A stretch of DNA of 60,926 nucleotides, filler included. It is 4 parts of 4 records of this genome, joined end to end, with 100 filler letters (N's around TTAATTAATTAA, not from the genome) between each part and the next. Parts side by side here need not be neighbours in the genome. Positions count along the whole stretch, not along the records: positions 15,904 to 27,379 come from SRR20825019_784; positions 27,480 to 52,835 come from SRR20825019_785; 2 more parts are not named here. One strand, written 5' to 3'. This document shows, in pieces, positions 23,696-36,769 of this stretch; position 1 is the first letter of the stretch, and each line of letters opens with the position of its first letter. Position numbers and translations under genes: made by a program. The notes beneath the pieces are model-generated. The model ran no database searches and had not been told where the DNA came from. It worked only from the letters and a program-made list of their open reading frames with translations.

Positions 23696-25551
23696 GCGGA
23701 TTTCTTCTTGTGTTGCCGCAGCTTAGCCAAAAGCAACGCCAATGCCGCTGGCGTCATCCCTTCAACCCGCGCAGCCTGGGCAAGGTTGCTCGGCCGGATG
23801 CGCTCAAGCTTTGAGGTCAGCTCGTTCGAAAGACCGCTGATGCCCGCGTAAACGAATCCGTCTGGAATCACATGCGCTTCGTCCTTTTGCAGGCGGTCGA
23901 TATCCTTTTGCTGACGGTCGATGTAGTTTGCATAAAGCGCGTCGCGGGCAAGTTGGACCTGAATAGGCGGATCAATGGTGTCCAGATCGGGCTGAACCCG
24001 AACTACATCGAAAAACTGAACTTCCGGAAAAGCAAGAAGTTGATAGGGCGTCCGCCGTGTCCCGTCCTCTTTGACCGCAATTCCAGCGGCGGTGATTTGC
24101 TTTGGCGAGTATTTCTCGCGCGTCATCGCCTGGTAACCCGCCTCAAGCGCGTCGCGCTTGGCCTCAAACAGACGGCGGCGGCCTTCGGAAACCACACCCA
24201 GTTCGATCGCCTGTGGAGTCAGCCGTTGGTCAGCGTTATCGGCGCGCAGGGACAACCGGAACTCGGCCCGTGACGTGAACATCCGATACGGCTCGGTCAC
24301 CCCGCGTGTTGTCAGATCGTCGATCATCACGCCAATATAGCTGGTTGCGCGTCCAAAATGCACAGGATCTCGCCCCTGCGCCAGACATGCGGCATTCAGA
24401 CCGGCAACCATTCCTTGGGCTGCGGCCTCTTCATAGCCCGTTGTCCCGTTGATCTGCCCCGCAAGGAACAAGTGCGATGTCGCACGCAGTTGCAGCGAGG
24501 CGTCCAGCGCGCGCGGATCGACATAGTCGTATTCAATCGCATATCCGGGTTGCAGGATCACCGCCTCTTCCAGCCCGACGATGGAATGGATGTAATCCTG
24601 CTGCACATCGACAGGCAGAGATGTTGAAATCCCGTTGGGGTAAACGGTGTTGCCCGTCAGGCTTTCTGGTTCCAGAAACACCTGGTGCGAGGATTTGTCG
24701 GCAAAACGCACGACTTTATCCTCGATCGATGGGCAATAGCGCGGGCCTGTGCCATCGATATGGCCGCCATACATCGCGGACAGTGAAAGGTTTTTCGAAA
24801 TAATCTCGTGGGTGCGTTCATTCGTGTGCGTGATGCCGCAAGACACCTGACGGGCGGACAATTGCGTTGTTTCAAACGAGAAAAACGCGGGATCATCGTC
24901 GCCCTGCTGTTCTTCGAGGATCGACCAGTTGATAGTGCGCGTGTCCAGACGCGGCGGAGTGCCCGTCTTGAGCCGTCCCAATGGCAGACCAAAACTGTCG
25001 ATCCGCTCTGCCAGACGAACCGAAGCTTTGTCGCCCATGCGCCCGCCCGAGCGTTTCTCTTCGCCAATATGGATAATGCCGCGCAAGAATGTGCCCGTCG
25101 TCAGAACGACGGTCGAGCAGTCGATCAAAGTGCCGTCCGCGAGTTCGACGCCCGTCACCTGCGTGCCAGTCATTTTCAGGTCGACCACTTCGCCCTCGAC
25201 CACAGTCAGGTTCGGCTGCGCCAACGTCGCCGCCAGCATTTCGCGCTGGTAGATTGCGCGGTCGGCCTGCGCGCGCGGTCCCTGGACCGCGGGGCCTTTG
25301 CGGCGATTCAGCAGGCGGAACTGGATACCGGCCTTGTCTGCGACTTTGCCCATGACGCCGTCCATGGCGTCAATCTCGCGCACCAGGTGGCCTTTGCCCA
25401 AGCCACCAATCGCTGGGTTGCACGACATAACGCCAATGCCGGACAACGTCATCGTAACCAGCGCCGTATTCGCCCCCATCCGCGCAGCCGCATGGGCGGC
25501 CTCTGCTCCTGCATGGCCGCCACCGATTACCAGAACGTCAAAATGTTTCAC
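23692..25551 (-). CDS. mnmG: tRNA U34 modification enzyme MnmG (GidA)
   Basis: [40 protein letters not shown]; start probably GTG at 25551 (GGAG upstream), alternatively ATG 25569. Confidence 0.98.
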   Translation of the reverse strand: MKHFDVLVIGGGHAGAEAAHAAARMGANTALVTMTLSGIGVMSCNPAIGGLGKGHLVREIDAMDGVMGKVADKAGIQFRLLNRRKGPAVQGPRAQADRAIYQREMLAATLAQPNLTVVEGEVVDLKMTGTQVTGVELADGTLIDCSTVVLTTGTFLRGIIHIGEEKRSGGRMGDKASVRLAERIDSFGLPLGRLKTGTPPRLDTRTINWSILEEQQGDDDPAFFSFETTQLSARQVSCGITHTNERTHEIISKNLSLSAMYGGHIDGTGPRYCPSIEDKVVRFADKSSHQVFLEPESLTGNTVYPNGISTSLPVDVQQDYIHSIVGLEEAVILQPGYAIEYDYVDPRALDASLQLRATSHLFLAGQINGTTGYEEAAAQGMVAGLNAACLAQGRDPVHFGRATSYIGVMIDDLTTRGVTEPYRMFTSRAEFRLSLRADNADQRLTPQAIELGVVSEGRRRLFEAKRDALEAGYQAMTREKYSPKQITAAGIAVKEDGTRRTPYQLLAFPEVQFFDVVRVQPDLDTIDPPIQVQLARDALYANYIDRQQKDIDRLQKDEAHVIPDGFVYAGISGLSNELTSKLERIRPSNLAQAARVEGMTPAALALLLAKLRQHKKKSA

Positions 25552-25559
25552 GTGAAACA
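25544..25559. promoter_or_regulatory. parS site at the mnmG start
   Basis: Perfect palindrome TGTTTCACGTGAAACA. Confidence 0.95.
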
Positions 25560-25565
25560 CTCCTG

Positions 25566-26846
25566 TCATTTACCCAGGCAGAAGCTGGAAAAGATTTCAT
25601 CCAGCAGGTTTTCTACATCGATGCGACCCACAAGGAATTCAAGGCTGCGAATCGCGATCCGCAACTCCTCTGCCGCCAAGTCATAAACCTCTGGCCCCTG
25701 TTTGACGAGGTCTTGCGCGGTCTCCAAAGCTGCAACGGCGGATTGCAGCGAGGTCCGGTGCCGTTCACGCGAGGTCAGGCCGGCGTGCGCAACTTTGTCG
25801 GAAAACACAGCTTTCACCGCTTGAACCAGATCCGTCACACCAGCGCCGGTCACACCGGACACCCCTGTCCCGTCGGACCGCAGATCAGCCTTGGGGGCGA
25901 CGACGATGTCCTGTGGCAAGGGTGTCAGCGGCAGCGCAGACATATCATCTGTCAGGAACACCCGCAGGTCCGCCGTTCTGGCGCGGGCGATGGCGCGTTC
26001 GATCCCGATCGCTTCCACATGATCATCGCTGTCGCGCAGGCCAGCGGTGTCCAGGAATGTCACCGGCAAACCATCCAGATCCATGCGCACTTCGATCACA
26101 TCGCGGGTGGTGCCTGCGAATTCCGAGGTGATGGCCGCATCACGACCAGCTAACGCATTGAGAAGAGTAGACTTTCCGGCGTTTGGCAGACCAACGATGG
26201 CCACTTCGAACCCGGACCGCACCCGTTCGGCCACATAGGACCGCGAAACCTCGTCCGACGCCTGCAAAATGACCTCGGCAAGCAGATCGACGACCTCTGG
26301 CGCCACATCAACCGGCACGTCTTCATCGGCAAAATCAATGGTGACTTCCAGCAACGACGCCGCATGGATCAGCCGTGCGCGCCAGTCCTCGACAACCTTG
26401 CTCAGCGCGCCTTCGACGGTCTGCATCGCCTGGGCACGTTGGAATTCCGTTTCGGCGTCGATCAGATCAGCCAGCCCCTCGACCTGCGCCAGGTCCATCT
26501 TGCCGTTTTCCAAGGCACGGCGGGTGAATTCACCGGGTTCCGCCAGACGCAGCCCTTCGATCTCACCCAGAACGGACAGGACCCGTTGCAGGATGGCGAT
26601 GCTGCCGTGCAGGTGCAGCTCGATCACGTCCTCGCCGGTGAAACTGTGCGGCGCGGCGAATGTCAGGACCAGCGCACGGTCCAACAGTTCGTCACCCGCA
26701 CGCACGGCACGGACAGCAAAGCACCCCGCGTCAGGCAGCGCACCGCACAGCATCTGACCCGCGTGATGGGCGGACGGACCGGACACGCGCACAACGGCCA
26801 CGCCCGCGCGGCCCTGCGCCGTGGCAAGGGCGAAAATCGTATCCAT
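25566..26846 (-). CDS. mnmE: tRNA modification GTPase MnmE (TrmE)
   Basis: [32 protein letters not shown]-terminal FCLGK. Confidence 0.98.
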   Translation of the reverse strand: MDTIFALATAQGRAGVAVVRVSGPSAHHAGQMLCGALPDAGCFAVRAVRAGDELLDRALVLTFAAPHSFTGEDVIELHLHGSIAILQRVLSVLGEIEGLRLAEPGEFTRRALENGKMDLAQVEGLADLIDAETEFQRAQAMQTVEGALSKVVEDWRARLIHAASLLEVTIDFADEDVPVDVAPEVVDLLAEVILQASDEVSRSYVAERVRSGFEVAIVGLPNAGKSTLLNALAGRDAAITSEFAGTTRDVIEVRMDLDGLPVTFLDTAGLRDSDDHVEAIGIERAIARARTADLRVFLTDDMSALPLTPLPQDIVVAPKADLRSDGTGVSGVTGAGVTDLVQAVKAVFSDKVAHAGLTSRERHRTSLQSAVAALETAQDLVKQGPEVYDLAAEELRIAIRSLEFLVGRIDVENLLDEIFSSFCLGK

Positions 26847-26864
26847 CGGTCACGCCCCCAAGGG

Positions 26865-27379
26865 TCAGGTGTTCATGGAATCGAAGAAATCCGAATTTGT
26901 CTTGGTTTGCTTCAATTTGGAAATCAGGAACTCGATCGCGTCGGTGGTGCCCATCGGGTTCAGGATGCGACGCAGGACAAAGGTTTTGGCCAGATCGTTT
27001 TTGTCGACCAGCAGTTCCTCTTTCCGGGTGCCGGATTTCAGGATGTCGATGGCCGGGAACACGCGCTTGTCCGCGATCTTGCGGTCCAGAACGATTTCCG
27101 AGTTACCGGTGCCTTTGAATTCTTCAAAGATCACCTCGTCCATCCGGCTGCCGGTGTCGATCAGCGCGGTTGCGATGATGGTCAGGCTGCCGCCCTCTTC
27201 AATGTTCCGCGCGGCACCAAAGAACCGTTTGGGGCGTTGCAGGGCGTTGGCGTCCACACCACCGGTCAGAACCTTGCCCGACGACGGCACAACGGTGTTG
27301 AACGCGCGGCCCAGACGGGTGATCGAATCCAGCAGGATCACAACGTCGCGCTTGTGTTCGACCAGACGCTTTGCCTTTT
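26865..27379 (-). CDS. rho: Transcription termination factor Rho, 5'-truncated
   Basis: [35 protein letters not shown]. Confidence 0.98.
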
Positions 27380-27479
27380 NNNNNNNNNNNNNNNNNNNNN
27401 NNNNNNNNNNNNNNNNNNNNNNNTTAATTAATTAANNNNNNNNNNNNNNNNNNNNNNNNNNNNNNNNNNNNNNNNNNNN
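27380..27479. other. Artificial contig spacer
   Basis: N44-TTAATTAATTAA-N44. Confidence 0.99.
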
Positions 27480-27932
27480 CCCCCCCCCCCCCCCCCCCCC
27501 CCGCCGTAGTACGGGACGCTGCCTCAGTGGTTGGCGAGGACAGCCTCCAGGGGCGCCGCGGGACCGTGCTGCCGCGGGAGGCCGCCGGGCCACCCGCCGC
27601 CTGGCCGGATCAGTCTCGATCGACCACGACTGAAAAGGATCATGTCTGGGAACTGACGTCATAACCAAGTATTCCCACGTATTTTCACCGAAGAAACCAC
27701 CACCACGGCACTTGGCGGGAAGCAACCCAGACCGATGATTCCGCACCCATACACGACCGTGACCGAACCGCTGTAAGAATGAATCATCATGCAATACCTT
27801 GGCTGCGGACTGATCCCGTGACTTAGGATGAGGCCGCGCGGCCCGGCCGACGGCCGGGCGGAGCCGCCGGACTCAATGAGGCCAACGGTATCGTGCAGTT
27901 ATCGTCCTGACGGCCAGCCAGGATGTTCCAAC

Positions 27933-29721
27933 ATGTCTGGGTTCGGCCGCCGGCAAAGTCTATCTCGGCCGAGGCATTCGATTGACTAGTGCTAGGCCGC
28001 CTGACCAGCTTTCAACGTACGTGAGTCTCTGTACACCTTATCGAGCAACGACAATTGGGCGCAATACACGAATAAGACCTTCCGACAGACATCGACGGAA
28101 TGTATGAGTAGTTGAATATGCTCTCTGGTATGAATAGTTGCCTTTTCCCTTTTCACTGCTCTGACTGCAACACATAGGTGCAACTGGAGACATTTTTGGC
28201 AATCCCACAACTGCAAACCCTGCCTGCATAGGCATATTCTCGTTCCTGTGCCTTCTCTTTGTCGTTCAGGTCCCAGTGCTTCTATTATATAGTTGAACAC
28301 CCTTGTGCTGAGACTTTGTACAGTTTTGCCGCGCCATATTTGCTAAGTGCTGGAAAGTCACAACGCAACAGTTGTTGTACTTGCTTTTGTCGCTCTCATG
28401 TGTGTCGCGGATACTGACGTTCTCTTCTTCATATTTTGGTATCAATAGTCACGTTCAGGCCATGGTATGAGGTTTCCTTGATGTATTGTTTTCAGTCTAA
28501 TAGCCTTCCAGAACGGGGAACTATTCTATGTTTTCCAAGCATCTGCTTTGAGTCTGCTCCTCTTTGCTTGGATTGATATGCACGTTACCGCGAAGCGGCG
28601 GTCATTCCCTCGTGTCGTAGGGCCTTATTGCGGGTTGTATTTTGGGGTTCTTTGCTTGTTCTTGGCTGTAAGAATTTTATGTGCATTCTATCAACCAAAT
28701 GCCTTGTTCTTGCCAATATGCACTGGTGCCCTTGCCGTGTGGTTAGGCGCTTTGTTAACTCTCTTTCAAACAATGGCGATTGACATGTTCATCCAACTTC
28801 GGTATTCCACGATCAGTAACCTTAGCGCATTACAAAAGTTGTATGCTCGCGGAGTGGTTGTCTCGTATACTACACTTGGGTGGTTTACCGTCTTGTACCT
28901 TTGGATCGCAACTTTTGCAAAGTCTGCCACGTTGGAGACATATTTCGTACCCTACAGCACGGGGCTTGACGTCGTTAGTTTGCTGTGGTGGTTGTGTGTT
29001 CTACGGCATCCAGGCCGTCAAAAAGGGGAGATTCTGCTGAACCCTGTGACCTTTGGGTTTTCACCCTCGCTGGTAGGCGAAGGGGGGATTTCTAGTCCTC
29101 TTGTTACAACATCCTCGGTGATTTCATCGTCGGACCAAGGCGAGGCTGTGTACATTCGTAGTGGATCGGAGCAGGAAGACAACTCCCCATCACCTCGGGA
29201 ATGCTGGATCTGTTACGATGACAGAAGATTTGGGCGTATGGTGCAGCCTTGTAGTTGTCGAGGATCCGTCGCTTCGGTGCATGTAAATTGTCTGAAGCAA
29301 TGGATTAGGGCTCAGCGAGATACTGGAACACCCCCAGCTTGTAAGGTGTGCAGGGTTCCTTATACAGACGTGAGTACGAATCGGGGCACCGTTATCTCTG
29401 AAGTACTAATCTGAGACTGTACAGTTCGAGAACACTCTATCGTGGAGGAGGGTTACAGGGTTGGGATTGGCGGGGTGCTTGTACTCTGTCGTATTTATTG
29501 GGACGATGCTGGCCGCAGGGGCTTTCTTCGTAGTGTATTTTTACAGAGTTCAAAAGGAATTGGATGGGATGTACAAAGGGCTCGCGGTGGCCTGCTTTGC
29601 GTTTCTCGAAGCTTTTGTGTTCTCCACTTACTGCAAGTTAGTTGCGGACAGACTACGCATCCGGCGGCGGGCTCAGCGCAATCGCGTTGATGACGATGAC
29701 AACGTTCCCGCCTCGCCTTAA
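27933..29721 (+). CDS. Multi-pass membrane protein with RING-CH (MARCH-type) E3 ligase domain (multi-exon)
   Basis: Several hydrophobic helices, then CWICY..QPCSCRGSVASVHVNCLKQWI..CKVC (C4HC3), then two further TM helices; start approximate. Confidence 0.8.
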
Positions 29722-31381
29722 GAGTTGACGACCATTTGCTTGCACAGAAGTTTGTGCTGACATTCGACGTCCTCTTCGATAAAAGAAAATGCATGCAACT
29801 CTTCAGGATATTCAATCCAATTCTGAAGGGTGTGCATGAGAGCCGATCGCCGTTTCATATATGTCTTGTCGGCAAGTTTGTACTTAGCGTCCGCGTACGT
29901 GGTTTGGGTTGTAAAGGACCCAATGCCCTTCCAGTGTGCTCTCTCCAGCATGCGACACACTGCCACATACTTCGCGAATATGACCGCTTTGCACAAGGAT
30001 GACCTGCTTTTGAGTGGGTAGTCGGGCAGGTATTCAGATCCATCCTCTCGTTTTCGCTTCTTCGGTTTTATAGTGCCCATTTTCCGGCCAGTTGCAGCAA
30101 TGGTTGCTTCCTGGACACCGCATCCTGGCCCGCTACCAGGAGTTGACCGTACCCAGCTGATAGCCGTTCCACATGCAGAAATCTTAGTGGTCTGTTTCAA
30201 TCCTTTCTTTTCCTCCATCGTTAGAGTCACAACTCGTACGCAATGCTTCATAGGGACATCGCTTGTGTACATTGAAGGTTCGCTTCTCGGAGAAAGCTTG
30301 CCGAACAGCTGCGGTTCTGAGGCGACACGATCCCACAAAGCCCGAGACATTGATGCCAATGTTTCCTTTTCTGCTTCCCCAACAACAATCGACTTCATGA
30401 AGATAGGTTCAACCAATGCAGACAAGAGTGTACCTTAAATGCTACAGGTCAAAAGAATTCATGACTGTTCACAGTGCTCAAGTTACCCTGCACTCCAAGC
30501 ATGTTCCACCTTAGAATCTTATCGCTGCATGACATCGACTGTGTCTGGGGGCCTCGTCCTGCTGTCATATTAGAATGCATCTGAAGCATATGGCAGTGAG
30601 CAATACCTGGCTTCGTACGAAGGGATCCAATCTTATGGTACTCAGCGCCGGGCAGTTTGGGATCTGCTTCTTCACCTGCTACCGGTTTAGCGCCTGTTCG
30701 GTGGATATCATCGGTATCATGATTCGTCGAGGATTCATATATCGAAGCATCTCCGCCTATATTATGGACGTCAGGAATCACACGTCTGAAATATCAATCA
30801 AAATACAGACATGGCGTCTGGCTAATGTAGAGATGGATTTTGTTCTCAACCTTCAACTTAAAAGGCACTAACTCGGCATCACTCTTGGATCTCGCGGGTT
30901 CAAGGATGCTTTCCTGTCCATGTGCCACCTTGGCTATCTCACTCAACAAGAAACTTGTATAGAATCAATGTATATACTCGCACGGGATGTGCACAATACT
31001 CACCTTTTGAAGCCACGACGGGCAACTATCTCCGCGTGCGAATCATTCAATATCTAGTTGAACGGGACGTTAGTGGCTTTCCTAACGGTGCCTAACTACC
31101 CACATCTCCTGCTGCAGACAGAGACTCCTTCCCAATGCACTTTGTTCCGCTCCCAAAGGACACGACACTAACTATGTTTGCAGTCTTGGTAAACAGCAGG
31201 CAGCAGACGATACAAACCGCTGTGTCATACCACTATCGTCCTTCTCATTCTCCACCAAAAAGGCAGCTATGACAGTCCACTCACTGGCATGTGGACTCAT
31301 AGTGGGCTTTCCGGTCTTTCCAAGTTTGTCAAACTCGGAGGTACAAAGCCGCGCCACGCGGTCAGCCCAAGTATCTCCCAT
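29718..31381 (-). CDS. ADAT1: tRNA-specific adenosine deaminase ADAT1/Tad1 (multi-exon)
   Basis: [56 protein letters not shown]; no dsRBD seen. Confidence 0.88.
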
Positions 31382-31429
31382 AGGTCTACTCTATTTCATA
31401 CTAAGAAACACACTTAAGAACACGTACTC

Positions 31430-32110
31430 ATAGCCCGCGAGGCCGGGGCACTGCAGGCGGAGGGGGTCCGGGCGATCCCGTGCCCGGCCGGCGCCCCGGC
31501 GCCGACCCGCCCGCCAGGTCACTCCACATGGCTCGAGCCGGTCCGCGCCGGGCCCGCCCGACTGCGGGGCCTGGCTTGGGCCCCCGGCCGGCCGCCGGCG
31601 CCGCCGGGCCGGACGCCGCGCGCCCCGCCCGCGGCGCCCGCTTTGCGCGGCCCCGCGCGCCGGCTGAGCATCCCGTCACCCCGACTGAGTCACCGGGCTG
31701 CCTGCATGATCCGTTTTCGAGACAGGACCCCGATTGGGGGGTCCGTAGTTTGGCGCCGCAAAAGGCGGCGTCCGGCGCGACCCGGCTGCCGGCCTGGCGC
31801 CCGGCCCGGCGGCCCTGCCGTGGGCGCCCGCGGTGTGGCCCGGCCCCCGAAGCGACACCGCCCGGCCGGACACGGATCCGCATGGGCGGACGATCGGCGG
31901 GACAGGCATTTCGAAACTATCATGAGCCCGGCATGGCCGTCAGTGGGCCAGCGGGCCCCGCCCGGGCCCGTCACCGGCGGGACTCACGATTCGCCGTCAG
32001 TCCCGGACCGGGGGCCAGTAAGCGCCAACCCGGTACGGTGGCCCTTTCAGTTAGCATGTGGACGCTAGGCCAGAATGCGGAGGCCGGAGGTGACAGTCAC
32101 TGGCCGTCCC
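31430..32110. promoter_or_regulatory. GC-rich island between divergent ADAT1 and hypothetical gene
   Basis: GC-rich, CCGG/GGCC-dense, between two 5' ends. Confidence 0.6.
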
Positions 32111-32206
32111 CCAAGGATTAGCTCCCAACTGAGATGCTCCCGCAGGTCACTAAATCTTTGAAAATTATTGTGTTTTTAGTGTAGGAGCTGGTGGTGTGGG
32201 TGTCAT

Positions 32207-33702
32207 ATGGACCTACTAAAGAAGGACAGACCCGGTAGAGGAGTGGTTTTTTCTCCAATCAGGTCGCACAGCGCTAAGTGGTCTGACACCGGTGATAACT
32301 CTTGTGTGGGCTTGGCGCATGTGGGTAGGACATTGTTTCGTGAAGACCAAATATCGGCCTCGTCATCGCCGAATGACTCTCCTGATAGTACCACAGCCAC
32401 TTATCCTAAAGCCCTAAAGGATGAGATTGACTCTGTGAAAGTACCCTCACACTTGCCGGCGAACTATTTGGCCGACCATGTGGATGAAAGCCATCTGAGT
32501 CGGCCGAAAAGACGGGCTGTCAGGGAGCTGGAACCCAGTCTACCATCGGGGTTTGGGAAACTTCTCCTCTGCAGTCCGTGCAGAGCGGTAGTTTGGTCTG
32601 GTTTTGACTTGTGCTGGAGGGTACTTCTTGCTGGATTGAGTTTAACCTGGTTTATTGCGACATATCCTTTTCGACTGATTCTTTGGGTCATGTTGTGGCC
32701 GTTCCAATATACGTATGGTGTTGCCTGGAGACTGCTCTTAAAGATATGGAACCATCCTATTGTGAAGTTGAGAGTTGTGGTTCCTCCATCATCTCCAGGT
32801 GTGGTACAGCGCTCTCTGCACTATGGTAAGTCAAAAAACGATTTTGCAACCGAAAGTCTTACAGAATGCTATCTATAGGTGATATGGTAGCTCGGATTTC
32901 CCGGTTAGAAGACGAGATCAGGGCGCTAACACGCGCGCATGGTGGAGAGGTTGCTGAGTCCTCGGGGCTAGTGAGCCGTCCATCCTCTCGGACAGAGGGT
33001 GAAGGTTTGGCACCACGATCGAGCAGCATGTCCCCTGTCCAAGAGGCCAACGACGGCGTGATAACTCCGCCGCAGAGACGTCCTGAGCAGCTGAATAAGG
33101 ATATCAGAGACTCCATCAAGAAGATAAGGAGAGCTGTGGCTCCCATGTCACCACACTCGCCAGACACATCACAAGACAGCCAGGATACCGGGACACCCGA
33201 GAAGTTTGGAACACCCTGTGGCCAATTTACGCCGTACTCTGTTTCCAAAAAGCCCATGGAGAGCATGATTAAGGAAGAAACCTCACATCCGACACTTAAT
33301 ACGTCATTCGGTAGCGCATTTCCGAGCGAAGGTATTACTACGCCGGATGATGAAGTACTGCACGAGTGGTCACAGTCCACTGCTCAGACAGCCGAGCCAT
33401 CCATTCAGAGCCAAAGCACCGCCCAGTCAAACAGCAGGGATGGGTTTGCTACTCCTGCATCGGCAATCGTTACGAGGTCGATGATCCCCCGGCCTGAGAC
33501 TGCCCCTAATCCGCAGAGGGGCATCAATGGGGCCATTCGGAGTAGATGGAGGGGGGCCATGCGCGCTGTCAATAGATGGGGTTCTTCGTTTCAAGCACAA
33601 ACCCCTCCCGCCGCCTTGAATCGTTCCCAGACTGCTCCAACTAGTAGTTTGATGCAGGCCCAAAAGGAAATGGATGGTAACCCTTACACCTTGGCGCTGT
33701 AG
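32207..33702 (+). CDS. Hypothetical protein with hydrophobic segment, short coiled coil and disordered tail
   Basis: Two ORFs joined by intron 32826-32878 (GTAAGT..ATAG). Confidence 0.65.
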
Positions 33703-33826
33703 TCATTTGATCGCGGTTTCGCCATGGATCGGCTTGATTTACCATAGGCTTTGGATGACCAGTTCCCATTGCCGATTATAGGTCTGCGTGGCACATACGC
33801 TGACAGAATCCTTTATAAATGATGTA

Positions 33827-36575
33827 CTAACATCGTTCAAATATCTTGTACAGATTCTCTAAGGCAGCTACCTGGACAACAGCTCCATTCGTCGCACATT
33901 CCCTAGGAGGTGCAAAATTGACTCCCATAGCCGGCAGAACCAGGTGCCTTATGACCCATCTTAGCTCTGTTTCATTCTTGTCTCCACAGGGTGTTCCCTC
34001 TCCTCCTGGTTCGTCGCCACCGGCTTCCTGCACCATTCCTCCGCTGAAATTTGTCAACGCTGGTGATGGTTGTACATATGCATTCACTCACTGTGCACGA
34101 ACGCCGACTTGCGTTCCATAAAATACAGCTATTTCTCGAGCAATTCCTCTGAAACACACCTTTTCTCCTGTCCAGTCAACCTCCGTGGCCATCCTCAACA
34201 TGAAAAGGGGCAATGAGCTGAATGCAGGAATATAGTTGTCGACCAGCTTAATCACAACGTCAACAAGAAGCAACGGATTATTGGATGCCTCACTCACCTG
34301 TGGCAATGTCATTAGTTTGCCATCTTTGCTAATCGCCATTCCAAAGTACTCCTCTAGCATCTCGGCTTTAGCTACAAATAGTGCAGATACATACTGTCTT
34401 CTCGTTAAAACACAAGATCCCATTACACTGATAATCCCTTACGCGACAAATCTCCGGTTTAGATGCATCTCCTTCAGTCCAGCCACTAGCCGGATTGTCC
34501 AAGGCCACTGCGACAACCTCCTCGATAGATGGCGCCGGATTCATTTTTATAGTTGCAAACTGACCGAATCGCCGAATCACCTGCTGGTACATAAACTCGC
34601 GCGACAAGAGTGGCATATTTGCAATGTACAGCTTGGTACGATGCTGCACCAATGTATATACGCCATCGACGGTTCCAACGAATGTATGGTCTCGAAACAC
34701 TTCTGTTAATCCAGCATGGCCACTTGATTCGACATCATCCCATAGTTCCTGTACACTGCTCAACTCACAGAGATTTACTTCCGTACGCAGCTTCTTCCTG
34801 CAACACTTTCAGTACCGGGCACAAGATTCGATGATGTGCATACCTTGCCGCAAGCAGCGAAGTAGTTTGTTCGAGCGATCGCTTTCCGTCATCCTTTCGA
34901 GTCACATATGCCTACAGGGTGCTTAGTGGCGAACTTTGTGCTCCCGTCAGCAATGTCACCTCGAGTTGTCCAACCGGGTTGGCCTTGTCAGTTCGGACCA
35001 ACTTCTGAGGCACATAAGGCTGCTTCCCTAAATCTTCGTTAATGCAAATTGAGTGAGCTATCACAACATGTGCAATCTCACCCTTGCTGGTAGCAGGCTT
35101 CTCATTTTCGTCCACGTCCTTCTCGTTGGGTGCAGATGCACCCGGTAATACGGGTTGAGTGTAGAAAACACGTGAATTATTTGCTGAGGACAGCAATTCA
35201 TCGATGCCATCCTCGATCGCACTCACAATTTCATCCTCATTTAGAAACTTCACCTATCAAAATATTGTGGTTGGTTTTGTTACGCATTCACACCAATCAA
35301 GCTGTACCTCTCTCTTTGTGGGGTGAACATTAACATCAATATTTTGTGGTGGCATCGTGATGCTCATGTAAACCCATGGGTGAGCGCCCTTTGGTAGACA
35401 TCTAGCATATATTCCCTCTATGCATCTCTTTATGTTGGAGCTTTCTACTAGTCGATCTGGAATCCACTTAGCACCCAAACAACGGTTTCGACACAGCATT
35501 CTCTCACTATTAATAAACAAGATAAATACAAATTTTTTTGCCGAGTAATTTGCGTTCGTGGCCAATCCAGTGCACTGGAATTCCTGCCCTCTTTTGTCGC
35601 AATCGAACTTGATTGGCAAGAGTTCTTTGGCAATGGTTCCACCGAAAAGTGTGCGCACATTGTCAGTGGCTGTATTTGACGCCACCGTCCGTATGTCTGT
35701 GTTGGCATCACCGAACTGTTGCCTACGTCAGAGCCACACTCATTCTTATGGAGCAGTATCCAACCTTCTTACAAGAAAATGCAACTCCTGTATTGTGTAG
35801 AGCGTATCGAGTCACAACCTCCAAGATTCTGTTGTACTCCTCGGAGTGACTCTTGATTGCTTTTCGCCTAGTTTGCACATTATAGAATAAGTCCTCCACC
35901 TATGATTTCGTGAGCATATATCCGGCCCAATTGTCTGTGACATACAAGAATCTGCGTGCCCTTTACGCCCGCGCATGGGCGTGGCTCGGCCTTTTCTCCA
36001 GGTTTTGGGGCTACCATTTTTCCGTCAGCAAAATGGCATCTGCGAGGAGTCAGACCTCGGCCACCAACTCAATTAGTGCCCAACATACTTGTAGGCCACG
36101 GGACTGCCCTTGGTCATTGTTGTCACTGTCACATGAGCAACATGACTAATTGAGGCAAGGGCTTCTCCTCTGAAACCAAACTACGAGAAACCAATAAATA
36201 AGTTGCTTCATCATGGCACGAGTACTTACGGTGGCAATAGACTTTAAGTCGTCAAAAGTGGCCAGCTTGCTGGTCGTAAACCTTTCACAAAGAATAGGTA
36301 AGCTGGCTTTCTGCGAGTGATCGTAAGTGTGGGCGAACACTAGTGAACCATCTGCCTACCTCAATACCGTGGCCGTTGTCTGTGATTTGCAAGACCTTCA
36401 AACCTCCCTCCTTGGCAACTACTTGGATGCTGCTTGAACCAGCATCAAGTGAGTTTTCCAACATTTCCTTCAGTGCTGATGCTGGTCTAACAATGACCTC
36501 TCCTGCAGCAATTCTGTTGATGACAGCCTCTTCTAACTTTTGAATGGGTTTCGGTTTCAGTGAACCTTCAGCCAT
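33827..36575 (-). CDS. MLH1: DNA mismatch repair protein MLH1 (multi-exon)
   Basis: [52 protein letters not shown]-terminal LYKIFERC. Confidence 0.97.
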
Positions 36576-36769
36576 ATTGCTAGTTTCAAAATAGAGATGT
36601 TTATGTTTGTAGCGACAAACTCGACTAACGACCTATATACATATACAGCGCCTTTCGAACACAAGCAAAGCAAGTTGGGGTTAAGCTGACTGTTGTGATG
36701 AGAGTCGTCAGTCCGCGGCAGTGATGATGAGGCCAGACTGGCCTGAGTTGGGTTCGCAACGACTCTCAT

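Noticed and set aside
15904-27379. Horizontal transfer of a bacterial operon block into the eukaryote
   Set aside because: No sequence junction: both ends are spacers with truncated genes and there are no introns
15904-36575. MutS and MLH1 as a linked mismatch-repair cluster
   Set aside because: They lie on different contigs from different domains of life
33827-36575. Stop-codon reassignment or frameshifting to explain fragmented ORFs
   Set aside because: Where checked, breaks are explained by short GT-AG introns with branch-point-like CTAAC/CTGAC
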